Source: Bdellovibrionales bacterium (GTDB lineage Bacteria; Bdellovibrionota; Bdellovibrionia; Bdellovibrionales; UBA1609). Taken from it: DNA of 64,000 nucleotides. Made by a program: the position numbers and the translations under genes. Positions 61,391 through 64,000 of the stretch are shown here, in pieces. The DNA is taken from positions 2,494-66,493 of the forward strand of contig JAPPLG010000019.1 of the NCBI GenBank assembly GCA_028819545.1. Direction: 5' to 3'. Under the pieces are notes generated by a model. It was not told the origin of the DNA. It made no database searches and worked only from the letters and a program-made list of their open reading frames with translations. Numbering within the stretch: the stretch's first letter is position 1; every line of letters starts with the position of its first letter.

Positions 61391-62157
61391 AATATTTTTA
61401 CTATCTTATATGTTTCTTGATTATATCCTGTCAGAGTACTTCCGTTGATGATGAAAAAATTACAACAAATCATATAAAATTAGTTCGAAGTTATTTATCT
61501 CAATGCTTGTACCCACAAGCCTTGTTTGAAATAAAAAAAGCTTTATCTTTGGATCCAGAATCCTATATCATTAATAATGTAGCTGGGGTGGTGTATTTTT
61601 CAATGAAACAATATAATCAAGCTCAAGCTCATTTTATGAAATCTATAGAAGGGAAACCAGATTATACTGAGGCTCAGGTGAATTTAGCTCAAACATTAAT
61701 TGAAAGAAAAAAGTATAATAAAGCTTTGTTTTATCTAAAGAAAGCTGAAAAAGATTTAACTTATATCAATCCTTCAAAAGTACATTCACGAATAGGGGAA
61801 ATTTATTATTATCAAAAAAAATATTTTCTCTCAAAAAAATATTTAATGACAGCGGCTCAAGTGGATGAAAAAAACTGCTCTGCTCCGTATTATTTAGGTC
61901 GAATGAATTATGATCAGGGGGCCTATAAGAAGGCCATTGAGCAGTTCAATAAAATGAAGGTTTGTCAAAAAGACTTTGTAAAAATTCACTCTTCTTGTCA
62001 AAAACCGATAACAGACCATTATTTCTATCAGGCAAGAAGTGAAATAAGGATTAAGCAATTTAGGTCGGCTAAAGAAAATTTAAAATTGTTTGTTGAAAAA
62101 AGTGATGGAAATCATCCTCTTTTAAAAGAAGCACAGGTTTTGTTGGAAGGTTTATAA
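61387..62157 (+). CDS. TPR-repeat lipoprotein, PilW/PilF-like
   Basis: TTG start. Lipobox LIISC and TPR repeats. It sits between ndk and rodZ, the position taken by pilW/pilF in many proteobacteria. Confidence 0.6.
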   Translation: MKYFYYLICFLIISCQSTSVDDEKITTNHIKLVRSYLSQCLYPQALFEIKKALSLDPESYIINNVAGVVYFSMKQYNQAQAHFMKSIEGKPDYTEAQVNLAQTLIERKKYNKALFYLKKAEKDLTYINPSKVHSRIGEIYYYQKKYFLSKKYLMTAAQVDEKNCSAPYYLGRMNYDQGAYKKAIEQFNKMKVCQKDFVKIHSSCQKPITDHYFYQARSEIRIKQFRSAKENLKLFVEKSDGNHPLLKEAQVLLEGL

Positions 62158-62720
62158 TGAACTTAGATCAAATCGGTCAAATTTTAAATCAAGAAAGAGA
62201 GCATCATGGATTAACGCTTAAACAAATCTCTTCAGCAACATGTATTAGTTGCACTCAATTGGAAGCTATAGAAAAAGGGGATCATTCAAAACTTCCTGCA
62301 AAGCCTTATGTTAGGGGGTTTATTCAGGCTTACTGTAAAGTATTGAATATTGACTCAACTCCTTTATTGGAGATCTTCGGTACTACCCATACTGATGAAA
62401 GGGCAAAATTAAAAGAAACCAGGGATTTGGATAAAGATTTCGAGAGGTTGTTTACATTGGGGCATGTCAGCCTATTGTTGCTTATCATGGTTTTTTCAGG
62501 ATTGATTATTTGGATGCGTTCCCATTTAGATCAATTTGAAGTGGATGCCAGAAAGCTTCAGTCTATTTCTACTTCTGATATTTTACATCAGTTGGAGTCT
62601 CAATCTATCCCTCAGGAAATAATTGAGACATCATTAAACAATGGAGTTGTTTCAGAGGTGGAAATAGACGAATCTGAGGCACAACAATCTGACAATCAAG
62701 AAAAAGCACTGGAGAATTAG
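62157..62720 (+). CDS. rodZ: RodZ-like cytoskeleton protein (XRE-type HTH plus TM)
   Basis: N-terminal HTH LKQISSATCISCTQLEAIEKGD....PAKPYVRGFIQAYCKVL, typical of RodZ. Single TM VSLLLLIMVFSGLIIWM. Confidence 0.7.
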   Translation: MNLDQIGQILNQEREHHGLTLKQISSATCISCTQLEAIEKGDHSKLPAKPYVRGFIQAYCKVLNIDSTPLLEIFGTTHTDERAKLKETRDLDKDFERLFTLGHVSLLLLIMVFSGLIIWMRSHLDQFEVDARKLQSISTSDILHQLESQSIPQEIIETSLNNGVVSEVEIDESEAQQSDNQEKALEN

Positions 62721-62732
62721 GAAGCACTTATT

Positions 62733-63329
62733 ATGAATTTTATCGCTTTGGATTTAGAAACTACAGGAACTTTACCTTACGTTGATCATATTGTGGAAAT
62801 TGCGGCAGTGCTCTTTAAAAGTAATGAAGTGTCTGAAGTTTTTCAAACTCTTGTAAATCCTAAAATGGAAATTTCTCCTGAGGCTACTCGTATCAATGGC
62901 ATTACCAATCAAATGGTTCAGTCACAGCCGGTTATTGAAGAAGTGTTGGAGTCTTTTGCAGATTTTTGTTCGGATTATTTAATTGTTGCTCATAATGCTA
63001 CTTTTGATTTTCAATTCTTAAAATCAGCTATAGAAAAATATAAATCAAAAGCTCCTTTAGGGGAAGTTTTAGATACTTATTCATTAGCTAAAAAAGCTTT
63101 GCCGGGTTTAAGTAATTATAAGCTTGGAACTTTGGTGAAACATTTAAAAATAGAACATAATACTCTTCATCGAGCTGAACAGGATGCACGTTGTTGTGGG
63201 CAACTCTTTCAAAAAATTATTAATCAGCTGAGAACAACCAATGTTAAACAGCTGGTTCAATTTTCCGGAAAATCAGCTTTAAAATTTCCTCAAGTGTATC
63301 ATGCACATCCACAGTTACAGCTTCTTTGA
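62733..63329 (+). CDS. DEDDh 3'-5' exonuclease (DnaQ/PolC-exonuclease-like)
   Basis: 198 aa with ExoI FIALDLETTG, ExoII VAHNATFDFQFL and ExoIII HRAEQDA. Confidence 0.8.
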   Translation: MNFIALDLETTGTLPYVDHIVEIAAVLFKSNEVSEVFQTLVNPKMEISPEATRINGITNQMVQSQPVIEEVLESFADFCSDYLIVAHNATFDFQFLKSAIEKYKSKAPLGEVLDTYSLAKKALPGLSNYKLGTLVKHLKIEHNTLHRAEQDARCCGQLFQKIINQLRTTNVKQLVQFSGKSALKFPQVYHAHPQLQLL

Positions 63330-63331
63330 TT

Positions 63332-64000
63332 TTATGGTGAATAATTGACATGAATGGGGTATCTACGCCCCCGTCCAAATGCTTTAGAAGAAATTTTTAA
63401 GATAATAGAACTTTGTTTTCTTTTAAATTCAGTGTTCAAAACTTTGGAGAAAATTTCTTTTTCTAATTTTGTTGTAGGTGCTTTTTTTTTCTCGATAAGA
63501 TTTTTTAATATTGGATCAAGTCTGTCATAGGGTGGAAGGTCATCTTCATCAAATTGATTTTTTAACAACTCTGCAGAAGGTCTTCTTTTTAAAATCTGCT
63601 GTATAGTTTGTGAAGAGTAGAAGATCTTGGTCATTGTCTGTACTTCAGTTTTATACAGATCTCCTATTGGAAATAAAGCTCCGGACAAATCCCCGTATAG
63701 TGTTGCATATCCTAAAGCCAGCTCGCTTTTATTGCTGGTTCCTATCAACATAGAATGGTGGGTGTTGCTGTATGCCATTAGAAATAAACTTCGAAGGCGA
63801 GCTTGAATATTTTGTTTTGCAATGGAGGATAATTTTTTATGTTGATTGCATATATGTTTATATGTGGAAACAATAGGCTGTTCAATCCACGAAATGCCTA
63901 ACTCTTTGGAGAGCTCTTTACTAAGGGTTTTGCTGAGTTTTGGATTAAAAGGGCCTTCCAGAAATAGGGCAGTGATTTTTTTTGGTCCGAATGTATCTAC
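63332..64000 (-). CDS. nadE: NAD+ synthetase (partial; N-terminus beyond the window end)
   Basis: SNKSELALGYATLYGDLSGALFPIGDLYKTEV and PSAELLKNQFDEDDLPPYD. The frame stays open upstream of the ORF-track Met (..NIQARLRSLFLMAYSN) to base 64000. Confidence 0.85.
   Translation of the reverse strand, partial: VDTFGPKKITALFLEGPFNPKLSKTLSKELSKELGISWIEQPIVSTYKHICNQHKKLSSIAKQNIQARLRSLFLMAYSNTHHSMLIGTSNKSELALGYATLYGDLSGALFPIGDLYKTEVQTMTKIFYSSQTIQQILKRRPSAELLKNQFDEDDLPPYDRLDPILKNLIEKKKAPTTKLEKEIFSKVLNTEFKRKQSSIILKISSKAFGRGRRYPIHVNYSP

Overview
The window is AT-rich, tightly packed (many ATGA/TAATG start-stop overlaps) and covers the chromosomal replication-origin neighbourhood of a Gram-negative bacterium. 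The gene content is deltaproteobacterial or Bdellovibrio-like (BALO), an inference from synteny and domain content only. At about 22.1 kb, dnaA-dnaN-recF-gyrB-gyrA-(TPR)-atpZ-atpI-atpB-atpE runs leftward on the minus strand. Diverging from the same point, rpmH-rnpA-yidD-yidC-jag-mnmE-mnmG-(lipoprotein)-rsmG ... parA-parB-bactofilin-atpF'FHAGDC runs rightward on the plus strand. The left end carries pdxA, two SurA/parvulin genes, etfBA, an interrupted sdhCA/sdhB, rpsF and rplI. The right half carries alaS, pilT, cinA-recA, tadA, the rpsU-yqeY-dnaG-rpoD operon with a tRNA-Met 12 nt after rpoD, then mdh-sucCD-ndk-pilW-rodZ, an exonuclease gene and a partial nadE. The only clearly accessory stretch is about 51.1-57.8 kb, directly after tRNA-Met. 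It begins with direct and inverted copies of the tRNA 3' end plus several hairpins. It then encodes a signal-peptide LRR protein, a class II Fic AMPylase preceded by 40-bp dyad-containing tandem repeats, a convergent PEGA-domain Hanks kinase, an orphan TadB/TadC-like pair and a lysine-rich histone-H1-like protein. I saw no integrase, transposase, CRISPR array, restriction system or rRNA. Two perfect palindromic parS sites lie just upstream of parA. I could not recognise a canonical DnaA-box cluster. All protein calls come from motifs read in the supplied translations, and no database search was run.
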